Shown here piece by piece: positions 52,536 through 64,000 of a DNA stretch of 64,000 nucleotides (its first letter is position 1; each line of letters starts with the position of its first letter). The stretch comes from Deltaproteobacteria bacterium (GTDB taxonomy: Bacteria; Myxococcota_A; UBA796; CAJQPC01). The position numbers were made by a program, and so were the translations under genes. The notes beneath the pieces were generated by a model. That model had not been told where the DNA came from. It made no database searches and saw only the letters and a program-made list of their open reading frames with translations. The DNA is taken from NCBI GenBank assembly GCA_016717595.1, contig JADKFE010000026.1, forward strand, positions 4,323-68,322, given 5' to 3'.

Positions 52536-53096
52536 ATGCGCCACACCCCCTCGTTTGGCCTGCTCATGGCCTCTCTGCTCGCCGTCGGCTGCGGCCGTGA
52601 CGCCGACCTCGACGGCTTCACCGCCCGACACGACTGCGACGACGAAGATCCGTTCATCTACCCCGGCGCCCCAGACACGCCCGGCGACGGCGTGGACGGC
52701 GACTGCCTCGATGGCGATCCGCCCCTCACCTACCTCGACGACTGGGAGATCGAGACGCTCAAGGCGGGATACGCCGGGCTGTTCTTGTTCACGGAAGGCT
52801 CGGAGAGCGGCGAGCTCAGCATCTCGGCGGACTACAGCGTGGAGTTGGAGGTGGGGGGCACCCTGGATCCCGACGTGTTTGGGCAGGCGATCCCCATCAT
52901 GATCACGATGGAGGGCTCGATCTCCCCCGTCCCCGAGCCCGGCGCGCTGACGCTCTACGCCGAGGGTGAGAACTTCGACGAGCAGATGCACGCCGACTGG
53001 GACTGCGTCGCCGAGGACGACACGCTGGTTTGTGTCGGCGAGCTCAAGGCCCTGGAGATCAGCCTTGAGCTTGACGCGGTGTTTGTGCGCGGCTGA
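52536..53096 (+). CDS. Lipoprotein with one MopE-like putative metal-binding motif
   Basis: The protein has a lipobox (LLMASLLAVGC) followed by DLDGFTARHDCDDEDPFIYPGAPDTPGDGVDGDCLDGD. Confidence 0.7.
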   Translation: MRHTPSFGLLMASLLAVGCGRDADLDGFTARHDCDDEDPFIYPGAPDTPGDGVDGDCLDGDPPLTYLDDWEIETLKAGYAGLFLFTEGSESGELSISADYSVELEVGGTLDPDVFGQAIPIMITMEGSISPVPEPGALTLYAEGENFDEQMHADWDCVAEDDTLVCVGELKALEISLELDAVFVRG

Positions 53097-53099
53097 GCC

Positions 53100-53591
53100 T
53101 CAGCCGAGCTGCAAGAGCTTCACGCCGGACTCTAACGCCGCGCCGACCTGGGCGAAGACCTGCTCCACGACGCCATCCCGGGGGGCTTTGAGCTCGTTCT
53201 CCATCTTCATGGCCTCGACCACCACGAGGGGCTGGCCCTTGGTGACGGAGTCTCCGGCCTTCACGAGCACCGCCACGACACGACCGGGCATGGTCGTCAT
53301 CAAGACGCCCTCTTCGGCGGCGGACGAGAGGCGAAGCGCCGCCCGGCGTGGGTCGATGACCTTGGCGAAGTAGCCTTGGCCACGCACGCCGACGTGCCAG
53401 CCGTCCTTCGCCCGGGCCAAGGGCACGTCGAAGCTGCGCTGGTCGTCAAAGACCATCGACAGGTGGTCACGCACCCAGCGGGCGTCGACCTGACGTTGGG
53501 GGCCGTCGCCGACCTGCACGGTGTAGCCGGTCTCAGCGCGCTCGACGCGCACCTTGAGGGTCTGCTCGCCGATGGTGACGTCGTAGATCAT
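53100..53591 (-). CDS. Biotin carboxyl carrier (biotinyl/lipoyl-domain) protein
   Basis: The C-terminal motif is PLVVVEAMKMENELKAPRDG. The start ATG 53591 overlaps the accC stop (ATGA). Confidence 0.85.
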   Translation of the reverse strand: MIYDVTIGEQTLKVRVERAETGYTVQVGDGPQRQVDARWVRDHLSMVFDDQRSFDVPLARAKDGWHVGVRGQGYFAKVIDPRRAALRLSSAAEEGVLMTTMPGRVVAVLVKAGDSVTKGQPLVVVEAMKMENELKAPRDGVVEQVFAQVGAALESGVKLLQLG

Positions 53592-55107
53592 CGCGGCACC
53601 CGGTTGGTGTTCTGCCAGCGGCCGACGCGGCGCCACGCCGACTCGTTGTGTGTGTCGCCGCCCTCCGCTTTGGCAGGGGCGAGGTCAGACTCAAGCTGGG
53701 CGATGGCGGCGGCGATGGCCGCGAGCTCGTGCTCGTCGCCTTCAGGCAGAGATTGGAGCAGCTCAGGGGTGATGAACGCCGTGGTGTACTCGCCGCGCAG
53801 AAAGCGTGGATCGGCGAGCACCGCGCGGAAGAACTGGATCGACGTCTTGATGCCCAAGACGCGGTATTCACGCAGGGCGCGGTCGGTGCGGGCGATGCAC
53901 TCCTCGCGGTCACGACCCCAGACGACGAGCTTGGCGATCATCGGGTCGTAATGAATCGGCACCGTCCAGCCGGGGTACACGCCGGAGTCCACCCGCACGA
54001 AGGGGCCGCCGGGCTCGCGGTAGGTGGTGATGAGGCCTGGCGCCGGGGAGAAGTTGGCGGCGGGATCCTCAGCGTAGACGCGGCACTCGATGGCGTGGCC
54101 GTTGATCTTGAGGTCTTCTTGGTGGAACCACAGGGGCTCACCCCCGGCGATGCGGAGCTGGGCCTGGGCGAGATCGACGCCGGTGATGGCCTCGGTGATC
54201 GGGTGCTCCACCTGCAGGCGGGTGTTCATCTCCAAGAAGTAGAAGCTGCCGTCGCCGCCGAAGAGGAACTCCACGGTGCCCGCGCCGACATATCCAACCG
54301 CCTTGGCGGCCTGAACGGCCACGGCCGTCATCGCCTCGCGGGTGGCCTGGGGCAGCACGGGGCACGGCGTCTCTTCGACGACCTTCTGGTTGCGGCGCTG
54401 GATGGAGCAGTCGCGCTCAAAGAGGTGCAGCGTCTCGCCGTACTGGTCGGCGAGCACCTGCACCTCGACGTGGCGCGGGTTGACGACAAACTTCTCGATG
54501 TAGACCGCGTCGTCGCCGAAGGAGGACCGCGCCTCGGACCGCGCCGCGCGATAGCCCGCGAGCAGCTCCTCCTTGGAGTTGACCTTTCGCATGCCTTTGC
54601 CGCCGCCGCCGGCGGAGGCCTTGAGCATGACCGGGTAGCCGATCTCTTCAGCGATCCGGGCGAGCTCCTCTTCGTCGTGCAGCGGCTCGACGGTGCCCGG
54701 CACCACGGGCACACCCGCGGCCTTCATGAGCTGGCGAGAGCCGGTCTTTGAGCCCATGGCGTCGATGGCGTCTGGCGGCGGCCCCACCCAGATGAGCCCC
54801 GCGGCGATGACCTGCCGGGCGAAGTTGGCGTTCTCCGACAAGAAGCCGTAGCCGGGGTGAATCGCCTCAGCCCCGGAGAGGCGCGCGACCTCAGGATCTT
54901 GTCCCCGCGCAGATAGCTCTGCGACGAGGGCGCCGGGCCGATTGGGAACGCCATCGTCGCCAGGCGAACCGCCAGGGACTCACGGTCTACGTCGGAGTAG
55001 ACGGCGACGGTCTCCAGGCCCAGCTCAGCGCAGGCCCGGATGACACGAACGGCGATCTCGCCGCGGTTGGCGACGAGGACACGTTTGAAGGGGAGCGGTT
55101 TGAACAT
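53588..55107 (-). pseudogene. accC: Biotin carboxylase (acetyl/acyl-CoA carboxylase subunit) interrupted by a 1-nt frameshift near 54892
   Basis: The N-terminal frame reads [39 protein letters not shown]...SYLRGDKIL and then runs into out-of-frame sequence. A second frame carries [25 protein letters not shown]...GGGGKGMR...EMNTRLQVEHP. The sequence AAGATCCTGAGGTC would read KILEV if it were AAGATCCTGGAGGTC. Confidence 0.85.
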
Positions 55108-55173
55108 CCCGCCCCCCTTATTCAGCCTTTGGCGCCGGGACCAGGGCGATCCCGACACCACCCCACACGCGGA

Positions 55174-57615
<2,442 letters not shown>

Positions 57616-57762
57616 GGGCGCTCCGAGGGCGTTGTGATCGTGGTGTTCATTCGTGGGCGTCGCCCACGGACGCCCCGATGGTATCCACCACCGAGGCCCC
57701 GACAAGCCGAAGTCGGCCCGTTTGGGGAGCATGAGGGGTCGATGAGCCAAAGCTCACCGCGC

Positions 57763-58881
57763 TCACGCATGCTTTAACCAATCCGTGACGATCTCGTGCG
57801 CGTGCTCGCCAAGACCTGGCGGTGGGCGCGTGGCGCCGAGGCGCTGACCGTCAAAAGCGAAGCCTGGGGGCAGGCTCTTGAGCTCGCCTTCGCCTGAAGG
57901 GTGGCCGGTGACGATCGGCGCGGCGCGCCCGAGGGCCTGGGCGATGTCCGCCATCGGCCCGCAAGGCACCGACGCCGCCTCGAACGCGCTGAGCCAATGG
58001 CTGACCGTGCCTTGGGCCATGCGGGGCTCCAAGAGCGCGTCGAGCTGGCGGCGGTGTGACACCCGGGCGGCGTTGGTGGCGAAACGTTCGTCCTGATCCC
58101 ACGGCACCTTGAGCACCCGGCACAGCGCCCGGAACAGGGCGTCGTTGCCCACGGCGAGGTTGAAGAAGCCGTCCTGCGCCCGGTAGGTGCGGAAGGGGTG
58201 AATCGAGGGGTGGTCGTTGCCCATGGCCTTGGGCCGCCCGCCGGCGTTGAAGTAGGCCCCGGCGTGGTAGGTCAACAGCGAGAGCTGGCCGTCGAGCATC
58301 GACACGTCCACAAAGGCGCCCTCCCCCGTGCGCTCTCTGCGGAAGAGCGCGGCGAGCACCCCCTGCCCCGCGTTGAGGCCCGCGACGAGATCGGCGATGG
58401 ACGCGCCACACTTCCAGGGCGCGTCGCCGGGGCCGGTGAGGCTTGGGATGCCGCTCCAGCCCTGAATCACGAGATCGTAGCCGGGCTCGTCCGAGGCCTG
58501 GCCGAAGCCGGAGATCGCGCAGTACACGAGCCGGGGGTTGACCGCCTTGAGGCGCTCGTAGCCCAAGCCGAGGCGCTCCATGACGCCGGGCCGGAAGTTC
58601 TCGATCACCACGTCAGCGACCTGGGCGAGCTTCAGCAAGGTCTCGCGCTGGGCGGGATCCTTGAGGTCGAGCACCATCGAGCGTTTGCCCCGGTTCACCG
58701 ACATGAAGTAGGTGGAGACCCCGCCGGAGTACGGCGGCCCGAAGGCGCGGGTGTCGTCGCCCGTGGGCGGCTCGATCTTGACCACGTCGGCGCCGAGATC
58801 GGCCAAGGTCATCGTCGCGTAGGGGCCGGAGAGCACGCGGGTGAGGTCGAGCACCTTCACCCCGGCGAGGGGAGCGGTCAT
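57763..58881 (-). CDS. Family III CoA-transferase (CaiB/BaiF family)
   Basis: The protein contains LAGVKVLDLTRVLSGPYATMTLADLGADVVKIEPPTGDDTR. Confidence 0.92.
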   Translation of the reverse strand: MTAPLAGVKVLDLTRVLSGPYATMTLADLGADVVKIEPPTGDDTRAFGPPYSGGVSTYFMSVNRGKRSMVLDLKDPAQRETLLKLAQVADVVIENFRPGVMERLGLGYERLKAVNPRLVYCAISGFGQASDEPGYDLVIQGWSGIPSLTGPGDAPWKCGASIADLVAGLNAGQGVLAALFRRERTGEGAFVDVSMLDGQLSLLTYHAGAYFNAGGRPKAMGNDHPSIHPFRTYRAQDGFFNLAVGNDALFRALCRVLKVPWDQDERFATNAARVSHRRQLDALLEPRMAQGTVSHWLSAFEAASVPCGPMADIAQALGRAAPIVTGHPSGEGELKSLPPGFAFDGQRLGATRPPPGLGEHAHEIVTDWLKHA

Positions 58882-60725
58882 TTTGGGGACTCCATGCGGC
58901 CCGTCTCGCGGAGCACCTGCTCGTAGACCGGCGGGCGCTCACTAACCCAGGTGCGGGTGTAGAGCCTCGTGTCGTCGGGGCGCAGGGCCTCGGGGGCCAC
59001 GGACCCGCCGCGGAGATCCCACATCACCAACACCCCCTCCACGGCCACGGGCTCGCCGAGCAGTTTGACGAGGCGGCGGGTGGCCTGGATGCCCACCTGC
59101 TGCACGTCCTCTACGCTCAGGCGCCGATGTTGACCCCAGTTGCGGCTGTCGCTCTCGGCGAGGTCCCGGTGGAGGATCACCCAACGAAAGCCGTCCTGTA
59201 GAAAGCGCTCGCGGTGCACGGCCTTCACGTCGGGGATGGGCTCCTCGGGGTCGCGGGCGGCGGCGATGAGCGCCTTCACCATGCTCGACTTCATGCGATC
59301 TTTGTAGCCCGCGGGCCACAAGAGCTTGGCGTTCTCGCCCATGCCGCCGAAGACCGGCTTGTGGTGCAGGGTCTGCCAGACGATCGCCGGCTGGGTGATG
59401 CCGAACGGCAGGTGCATCACCGCGCCGTCGGGCTGCTTGGCGAGCCAGTGGATGAGCGCTGGCGCCCGCATCTCTCGGGTGACGAAGGGGAAGATCTGCC
59501 ACTTGTGCTGCTCGACGGCGGTGGCGATCAAGCTCACGACGATCGCGGCGGCGGCGATCTTGGCCCCTCGCCTCCGCTCGACGCGTAACAACAAGGTGCC
59601 CGCGCCGATGCAGAGCACAAAGAACACCCCGACCATCATGCGGTAGGGGAACCAGAGGCGATCGAAGTAGGGCAAGTAGTGATAGGCCGCCATGTACCAG
59701 GGCATCACGAAGCCGCCGCGCACCGAGGGCAGCTCCAAGACCGGGCCGATGGCGAAGATGAGCAGCACCATCGCGCCGGGCGCCCAGCGGCGGCGCTGTG
59801 TCCCGAAGAGGAGCCACGCCGCCGCGATCGCCATCCAGACGCGCTGGGTCAACAACGGAGAGCCGTGACGCTCGGCCTTGACCAGCCCATGCAGGCTCTT
59901 GGAGACGTTGTTCGCGAGCTGATGGGGGGGCTCAAAGAGGCTCACGCTCTCGACGTTGGAGAGCCCAGGCACCCCGCCGCTGGCCTCAGCGCGAAACATC
60001 GCCACCGCCGCCGGGGAGATGACGACGAGGCAGACCAAGGCCGCCCCGACATACCGCAGGGCGAGCCCCCGCCGGTCGTCGCTTTGCCAGAGCGCATAGA
60101 GCGCCGCCGGGGTCAACATGAACACCAAGAACCAGCCCGAGAACCAGTACGTCCAGCCCTGAAGGCCCACGAAGAGCCCCAGCAGGACCGGCCCTCGCCA
60201 GCCGGGCCCCCGCTCCACACGCACGAACCAGGCGATGGCCAAGGCGAAGAACGGCAAGAACGCCTGGGTGTAGCGCCCGCAGGTGATCTCGAAGATCGTG
60301 AACGGGTTGATCTCCCACAAGGCCGCCGCGCCGAAGGCCGCCCAGCCCCCGCCGAGCTGATCCCGGGCGAAGAGGCGAAACGTCCAGGCGTTGGCCACGA
60401 GCATCACCGCCACGAACGGCGCGGTGAAGGCCGGCACGCCGAGCGCGGCCACAAACGGCGCGGCGAAGACGGCGTCGACGAAGTTGTCGCCGGTGTGGGC
60501 GAAGATGTCTTTGCCCAGGGGGTAAAAGAAGAGGTCGGTGAAGCTGGGATCGCGCAGATGCACGATGCAGTCTTTGATCCACCAATAAAACCAGAGCGTG
60601 CCGTACATATCGACGCCGTCGCCTACCGCGGCGCCAGCGCCCAGCGCCGGACCCACCGCGATGAGCGCGAGGACAACAAAAACGAAGAGCTCTAGTCGGG
60701 GCGAAGGCTCAGAATCCGAGAACAT
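58878..60725 (-). CDS. Polytopic membrane protein with a C-terminal soluble domain (architecture resembles GT-C-type glycosyltransferases)
   Basis: The start is ATG 60725 (MFSDSEPSPRLELFVFVVLALIAV). About 12 or more hydrophobic helices span the first roughly 430 aa, followed by a soluble tail of about 180 aa. The stop overlaps the CoA-transferase start. Confidence 0.7.
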   Translation of the reverse strand: MFSDSEPSPRLELFVFVVLALIAVGPALGAGAAVGDGVDMYGTLWFYWWIKDCIVHLRDPSFTDLFFYPLGKDIFAHTGDNFVDAVFAAPFVAALGVPAFTAPFVAVMLVANAWTFRLFARDQLGGGWAAFGAAALWEINPFTIFEITCGRYTQAFLPFFALAIAWFVRVERGPGWRGPVLLGLFVGLQGWTYWFSGWFLVFMLTPAALYALWQSDDRRGLALRYVGAALVCLVVISPAAVAMFRAEASGGVPGLSNVESVSLFEPPHQLANNVSKSLHGLVKAERHGSPLLTQRVWMAIAAAWLLFGTQRRRWAPGAMVLLIFAIGPVLELPSVRGGFVMPWYMAAYHYLPYFDRLWFPYRMMVGVFFVLCIGAGTLLLRVERRRGAKIAAAAIVVSLIATAVEQHKWQIFPFVTREMRAPALIHWLAKQPDGAVMHLPFGITQPAIVWQTLHHKPVFGGMGENAKLLWPAGYKDRMKSSMVKALIAAARDPEEPIPDVKAVHRERFLQDGFRWVILHRDLAESDSRNWGQHRRLSVEDVQQVGIQATRRLVKLLGEPVAVEGVLVMWDLRGGSVAPEALRPDDTRLYTRTWVSERPPVYEQVLRETGRMESPK

Positions 60726-60818
60726 TCCGTCAGGGTATCTTATGCGGCGGTGCGCTGCGAAGCCGCAAGCGGTAGGATGCGGCGTGGCGCCCTCGGAGGA
60801 GCGCGCGCAGGAGGTAGG

Positions 60819-61310
60819 ATGCCCCTCGGTGAGACCGCGCTGTTCGTGTTGGGCCTCGTGCATTGGCTCACGACGGCGCTCTACGGCGGATCTCTGACGG
60901 CCTTCGCGGCGCTCTTGGCCATGCGCCACCGCCTGAGCCCCCTGCGCCCCGAGGATGTGATGCGCACGTTCCGCGCCTGGGGCGCCGGGCTCGGCCTGTC
61001 CATGGGCGCGCTCATTCTGACCGGGCTCTTGCACCGCTACCTAAGCGACGGCGGCTTCTCCTGGCCCGCGGAGAGCCCTGAAGACGGCCTGCGCCGGGCG
61101 AAGGCGATCTTGTTCTTGATCCTGTGGGCCTCGGCGTTCCACCTGGAGATCTGGACGTTAGAGCCCTGCCGGAAGCTAGACCAAGACGGCGTGATTCAAG
61201 ACGCCGCCGCGTACGAGGCCACGGCGCGTCGGGTGACCGCCCAGCTCTGGCTCAACGTGGCGCTGTTCTGGGGGATCGGGGCCTTGGGCTTTATGGCCAC
61301 GATGGGCTGA
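60819..61310 (+). CDS. Integral membrane protein (4-5 TM helices), unknown function
   Basis: The start ATG 60819 is preceded by GAGGTAGG. The hydrophobic helices include ALFVLGLVHWLTTALYGG, LGLSMGALILTGLL, ILFLILWASAFHL and LNVALFWGIGALGFMA. Confidence 0.6.
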   Translation: MPLGETALFVLGLVHWLTTALYGGSLTAFAALLAMRHRLSPLRPEDVMRTFRAWGAGLGLSMGALILTGLLHRYLSDGGFSWPAESPEDGLRRAKAILFLILWASAFHLEIWTLEPCRKLDQDGVIQDAAAYEATARRVTAQLWLNVALFWGIGALGFMATMG

Positions 61311-61317
61311 GCCCACC

Positions 61318-61476
61318 TCACTCAGCGGATTTGGGCGCCTCGGGGGGCGACTCGCCGCTGGCGCGCTGGGCACGAATCCAGCGGGGCCCCAAGATGCCGA
61401 AGATGATCACGTTGGCCAAGAGCACCATGAAGAGCTCAGGACCACCGAAGATGAAGGGCGGCGGGATGGCGGACAT
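61318..61476 (-). CDS. Possible small membrane protein (52 aa)
   Basis: The sequence MSAIPPPFIFGGPELFMVLLANVIIFGILGPRW... has one TM helix. The ORF lies 8 bp downstream of the CoA-transferase gene. There is no other support. Confidence 0.35.
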   Translation of the reverse strand: MSAIPPPFIFGGPELFMVLLANVIIFGILGPRWIRAQRASGESPPEAPKSAE

Positions 61477-61483
61477 GGCGGCC

Positions 61484-62611
61484 CTATAACCCGCCCGTCG
61501 CGGCGTGGAGGAGGGACGCGGGCAGGCCCAGGGCGCCGAGGATCGCCAGGTTGCCTTCGCCCAGCCGCGGGACCTCCGCCGACTGCGCCCAGGGGAACGG
61601 CGCGCGCACCATCGGCAGGCCGAGCACGGGCTCAAACGTGCCCCGGGCGACGTGCTGAGGGTGGGTGGGCAGCTCTTGGGCGCCCAGCGCCGGGCCCACG
61701 CAGCAGCCTTGAAGGAGCGTCACCCACTCGTCCCGAGGCCGGGTCAAGAACAGGCGCCGAAAGCCCTCCTCCGAGGTGTCGAGCTCCGCGCCCTCCTCTG
61801 CGAGCGCGCTCAGCACGCCGACGAGGCGGGCCATAAACTTGGGCTCCAGGGGCGCGACGGTGAGCCAGCCGCCATCGGCGCAGGGGTAGCTGCGATAGGC
61901 CGAGTAGCCCCCGGTGAGCAGCTCACCGCCGGGGTTGAGGTCGCGGGACTCGGCCAGCGCCGTGGCGAGGTGCGGCGCGAGGAGCGCCATCGAGCCGTCC
62001 GTCATCGAGCAGTCTAGCCAAGCGCCTTCACCGTGGCTCAATCGACCCAAGAGCGCGGCGACGATGGCCAAGGCCGCGCTCTGGGCGCCTCCGGCGAGGT
62101 CGGCGACCTGCACCGGCCACGGCGTCCCCTCCCCGCCCGCCGCGGCGATGATCCCGGCGTATCCTTGGTAGTTGAGGTCATGCCCCGGCTCTAAGGCCAG
62201 CGGGCCGGTCTGCCCGTAGCCTGAGATCGAGCAGACGATGAGCCGCGGGTGATCCGCGCGCAGCCTCACCGGATCGAGGCCGATCTCGGCCATCACGCCG
62301 GGCTTGAAGCCCTCGACCAGCACGTCGGCCGTCTTGAGCAAGGCGCGAAACACCTCGCGGCCCTCTTCCCGGCGCAGATCGAGGGTGACGGAGCGTTTTC
62401 CCCGGTTGATCGCCGCGAAGAACACGCCGTGGCCGTCGATGACCGGGGGTAGCTCCCGGGTGTAGTCGCCGCCGGTGGGGGGCTCGATCCGGATCACCTC
62501 GGCGCCGAGCGCGGCGAGGGTCCAGGTGCAATAGGGCCCCGGGAGGAGCCTGGAGAGGTCGAGCACACGCACGCCCAAAAGCGGCGGCGGGGTCGTTTGG
62601 GGCTTGATCAT
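61484..62611 (-). CDS. Family III CoA-transferase (CaiB/BaiF family), second paralogue
   Basis: The protein contains LLGVRVLDLSRLLPGPYCTWTLAALGAEVIRIEPPTGGDYTR. Confidence 0.92.
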   Translation of the reverse strand: MIKPQTTPPPLLGVRVLDLSRLLPGPYCTWTLAALGAEVIRIEPPTGGDYTRELPPVIDGHGVFFAAINRGKRSVTLDLRREEGREVFRALLKTADVLVEGFKPGVMAEIGLDPVRLRADHPRLIVCSISGYGQTGPLALEPGHDLNYQGYAGIIAAAGGEGTPWPVQVADLAGGAQSAALAIVAALLGRLSHGEGAWLDCSMTDGSMALLAPHLATALAESRDLNPGGELLTGGYSAYRSYPCADGGWLTVAPLEPKFMARLVGVLSALAEEGAELDTSEEGFRRLFLTRPRDEWVTLLQGCCVGPALGAQELPTHPQHVARGTFEPVLGLPMVRAPFPWAQSAEVPRLGEGNLAILGALGLPASLLHAATGGL

Positions 62612-62665
62612 TCGCCGAGAATAACCCAGGTGCGGCCCGGCCTCGGCCCGGGTTAAATCCGACGG

Positions 62666-63520
62666 ATGCCTGACACCAACACCCCCAAGTGGATCTTTGT
62701 GCTCAGCGACGGCACCGGCTCAACGGGCTCAAACGTCGTGCGCGCCTGCCTCAAGCAGTTTGATGGGGTGCCGGTGCAGCTCCGCATCATCCCCAACGTC
62801 ACCGACAACGATCAGCTCCGCCGGGCGTTTCAGCGCGCCGCCGAGCTCAACGCCCTCGTCGTGACCACCTTGGTGCGCGGCGAGCAGCGCCGGGAGGTCG
62901 AGCGCCTGGCGATCACCCATCGCCTGCAGGTGGTGGATCTTGTCGGCAACATGCTGATGAACCTCACGGAGTACCTGCGCGTCTCGCCGCGGGGCCAGCC
63001 TGGCCTCATGCACCGCCCCGACCGCAACTACTTCCGCCGGGTCTCGGCCATCGAGTTCACGGTAAAGGCCGATGACGGCCAAGAGCCCCGCCTGCTCACC
63101 GACGCCGACATCGTGCTCGTGGGGGTCAGCCGCACCTCCAAGACGCCGCTGTCGGTGTTTTTGGCCTACAAAGGCTACAAGGTGGGCAACGTGCCCTTGG
63201 TGCTCGACCGCGATCCGCCGGAGAGCCTCTGGGACTGCGACCCGCGCCGGGTGTTTGGGCTCACCATCGATCCATCGGCGCTGCAGTCGATCCGCACCCA
63301 ACGCATCGAGCAGATGCGGCTCTCCGACAAGACCAACTACTGCCAGAGCGACTACATCCTCGCCGAGCTCGACTTCGCCCACGACCTCTTCTCCCGCAAC
63401 CGCGAGTGGCCGGTGATCGACGTCACCGACAAGGCCTTGGAGGAGACCGCGGCGATCATCCTCAAGATCCTCAGCGAGCGGGGGCTGGCTGAGGTGATCG
63501 GTGAGGCAGGTCAGCTTTGA
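62666..63520 (+). CDS. ppsR: Pyruvate, water dikinase (PEP synthase) regulatory protein; bifunctional kinase/pyrophosphorylase
   Basis: The protein contains IFVLSDGTGSTG, the P-loop DIVLVGVSRTSKTPLS, and YKGYKVGNVPLV. Confidence 0.9.
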   Translation: MPDTNTPKWIFVLSDGTGSTGSNVVRACLKQFDGVPVQLRIIPNVTDNDQLRRAFQRAAELNALVVTTLVRGEQRREVERLAITHRLQVVDLVGNMLMNLTEYLRVSPRGQPGLMHRPDRNYFRRVSAIEFTVKADDGQEPRLLTDADIVLVGVSRTSKTPLSVFLAYKGYKVGNVPLVLDRDPPESLWDCDPRRVFGLTIDPSALQSIRTQRIEQMRLSDKTNYCQSDYILAELDFAHDLFSRNREWPVIDVTDKALEETAAIILKILSERGLAEVIGEAGQL

Positions 63521-63909
63521 GCCCGCTTCTGCGTGTGGTCGGCGGCGTCGCCCGGCGGGAGGCCGACGGCGCGGTGTTGATGGCGCGACGCCCTCCTGGG
63601 GGCCGCCACGGCGGTTTGTGGGAGTTCCCCGGCGGCAAGGTCGAGGCGGGTGAGACCGACGAGCAGGCCCTCGCCCGCGAGCTTCTTGAGGAGCTCGGGG
63701 CTGTGGCCGAGGTCGGCGCGCTCATCGCGATGGGTCAAGACGAGCGGATTGAGCTTTGGTGTTACGCCGTGCGCCTGCTGGGTGAGCCCCAGGCCCTCGA
63801 CCATGACGCGCTTTGTTGGGTGAGCCCAGACGACCTGCGCGCCCTGCCGAGCCCTCCCGCCGACCAGCCCACGATCGACGCCCTCGCCCACCCCCATCGC
63901 CGCGTATAG
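63517..63909 (+). CDS. mutT: NUDIX hydrolase, MutT-like (8-oxo-dGTP / (d)CTP pyrophosphatase type)
   Basis: The Nudix box is GGLWEFPGGKVEAGETDEQALARELLEELG. The TTG start overlaps the ppsR stop. Confidence 0.88.
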   Translation: MSPLLRVVGGVARREADGAVLMARRPPGGRHGGLWEFPGGKVEAGETDEQALARELLEELGAVAEVGALIAMGQDERIELWCYAVRLLGEPQALDHDALCWVSPDDLRALPSPPADQPTIDALAHPHRRV

Positions 63910-63951
63910 TGAGGCGTCAAAGACTCTCCTGGAGCGCAGCCGTTGGTCGGA

Positions 63952-64000
63952 ATGGTCCTGGACAAGTACGAGGTCCTCCAGAAGGTCGGTGAGGGCGGCA
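63952..64000 (+). CDS. Partial CDS (5' end only): probable Ser/Thr protein kinase
   Basis: The sequence MVLDKYEVLQKVGEGG matches the typical start and glycine-rich loop of Hanks-type kinases. Only 16 codons are visible. Confidence 0.4.
   Translation, partial: MVLDKYEVLQKVGEGG

Overview
This is a very GC-rich (roughly 70% G+C by eye), gene-dense chromosomal window. I call about 65 protein-coding genes, most of them on the minus strand, and one tRNA-Arg(CCG). I found no rRNA, CRISPR array, transposase, integrase or phage genes.

The recognisable content is housekeeping and envelope biology:
- **Housekeeping and metabolism:** glmS, coaD, lon, tatB and tatC, rpsR, miaE, bcp, a ygfZ-like gene, pcp, ppsR, mutT, an acyl-CoA dehydrogenase, a thiolase, two family III CoA-transferases, and biotin carboxylase plus BCCP.
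- **Envelope and secreted proteins:** many lipoproteins and TPR, PEGA, FG-GAP and MopE-motif proteins.
- **Likely origin:** this repertoire, together with an ECF sigma/anti-sigma pair, TonB-like proteins and a Ser/Thr-kinase start at the window edge, suggests Myxococcota or a similar deltaproteobacterial-type genome. This is an inference only.

The observations most worth a second look:
1. A 9-kb co-directional block (43980-53096) runs from an ECF sigma/anti-sigma pair through two TonB-like proteins and TatBC to a CxxCH protein, a lipoprotein, a Tat-signal protein and a MopE-motif lipoprotein.
2. A minus-strand run (19420-21796) encodes a tandem Sm/Hfq-like protein, a 109-aa unknown and an RdgC homologue split into two translationally coupled ORFs.
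3. A translationally coupled pair of AstE/AspA-type deacylases (27643-29489), one of which has lost both zinc-binding histidines, sits beside pyroglutamyl peptidase and a subtilase fused to a polytopic membrane domain.
4. A caspase-fold protein (33845-35002) lacks the catalytic Cys.
5. A 376-bp non-coding region (37465-37840) carries a near-consensus promoter, a palindrome and 10 GATC sites.
6. Three reading-frame disruptions (accC, a small OMP, a minimal histidine kinase) are each repaired by a 1-nt change in a G/C run. They are either real pseudogenes or assembly errors.

I could not identify a defence island or a clearly novel system with confidence. The candidates above are hypotheses.
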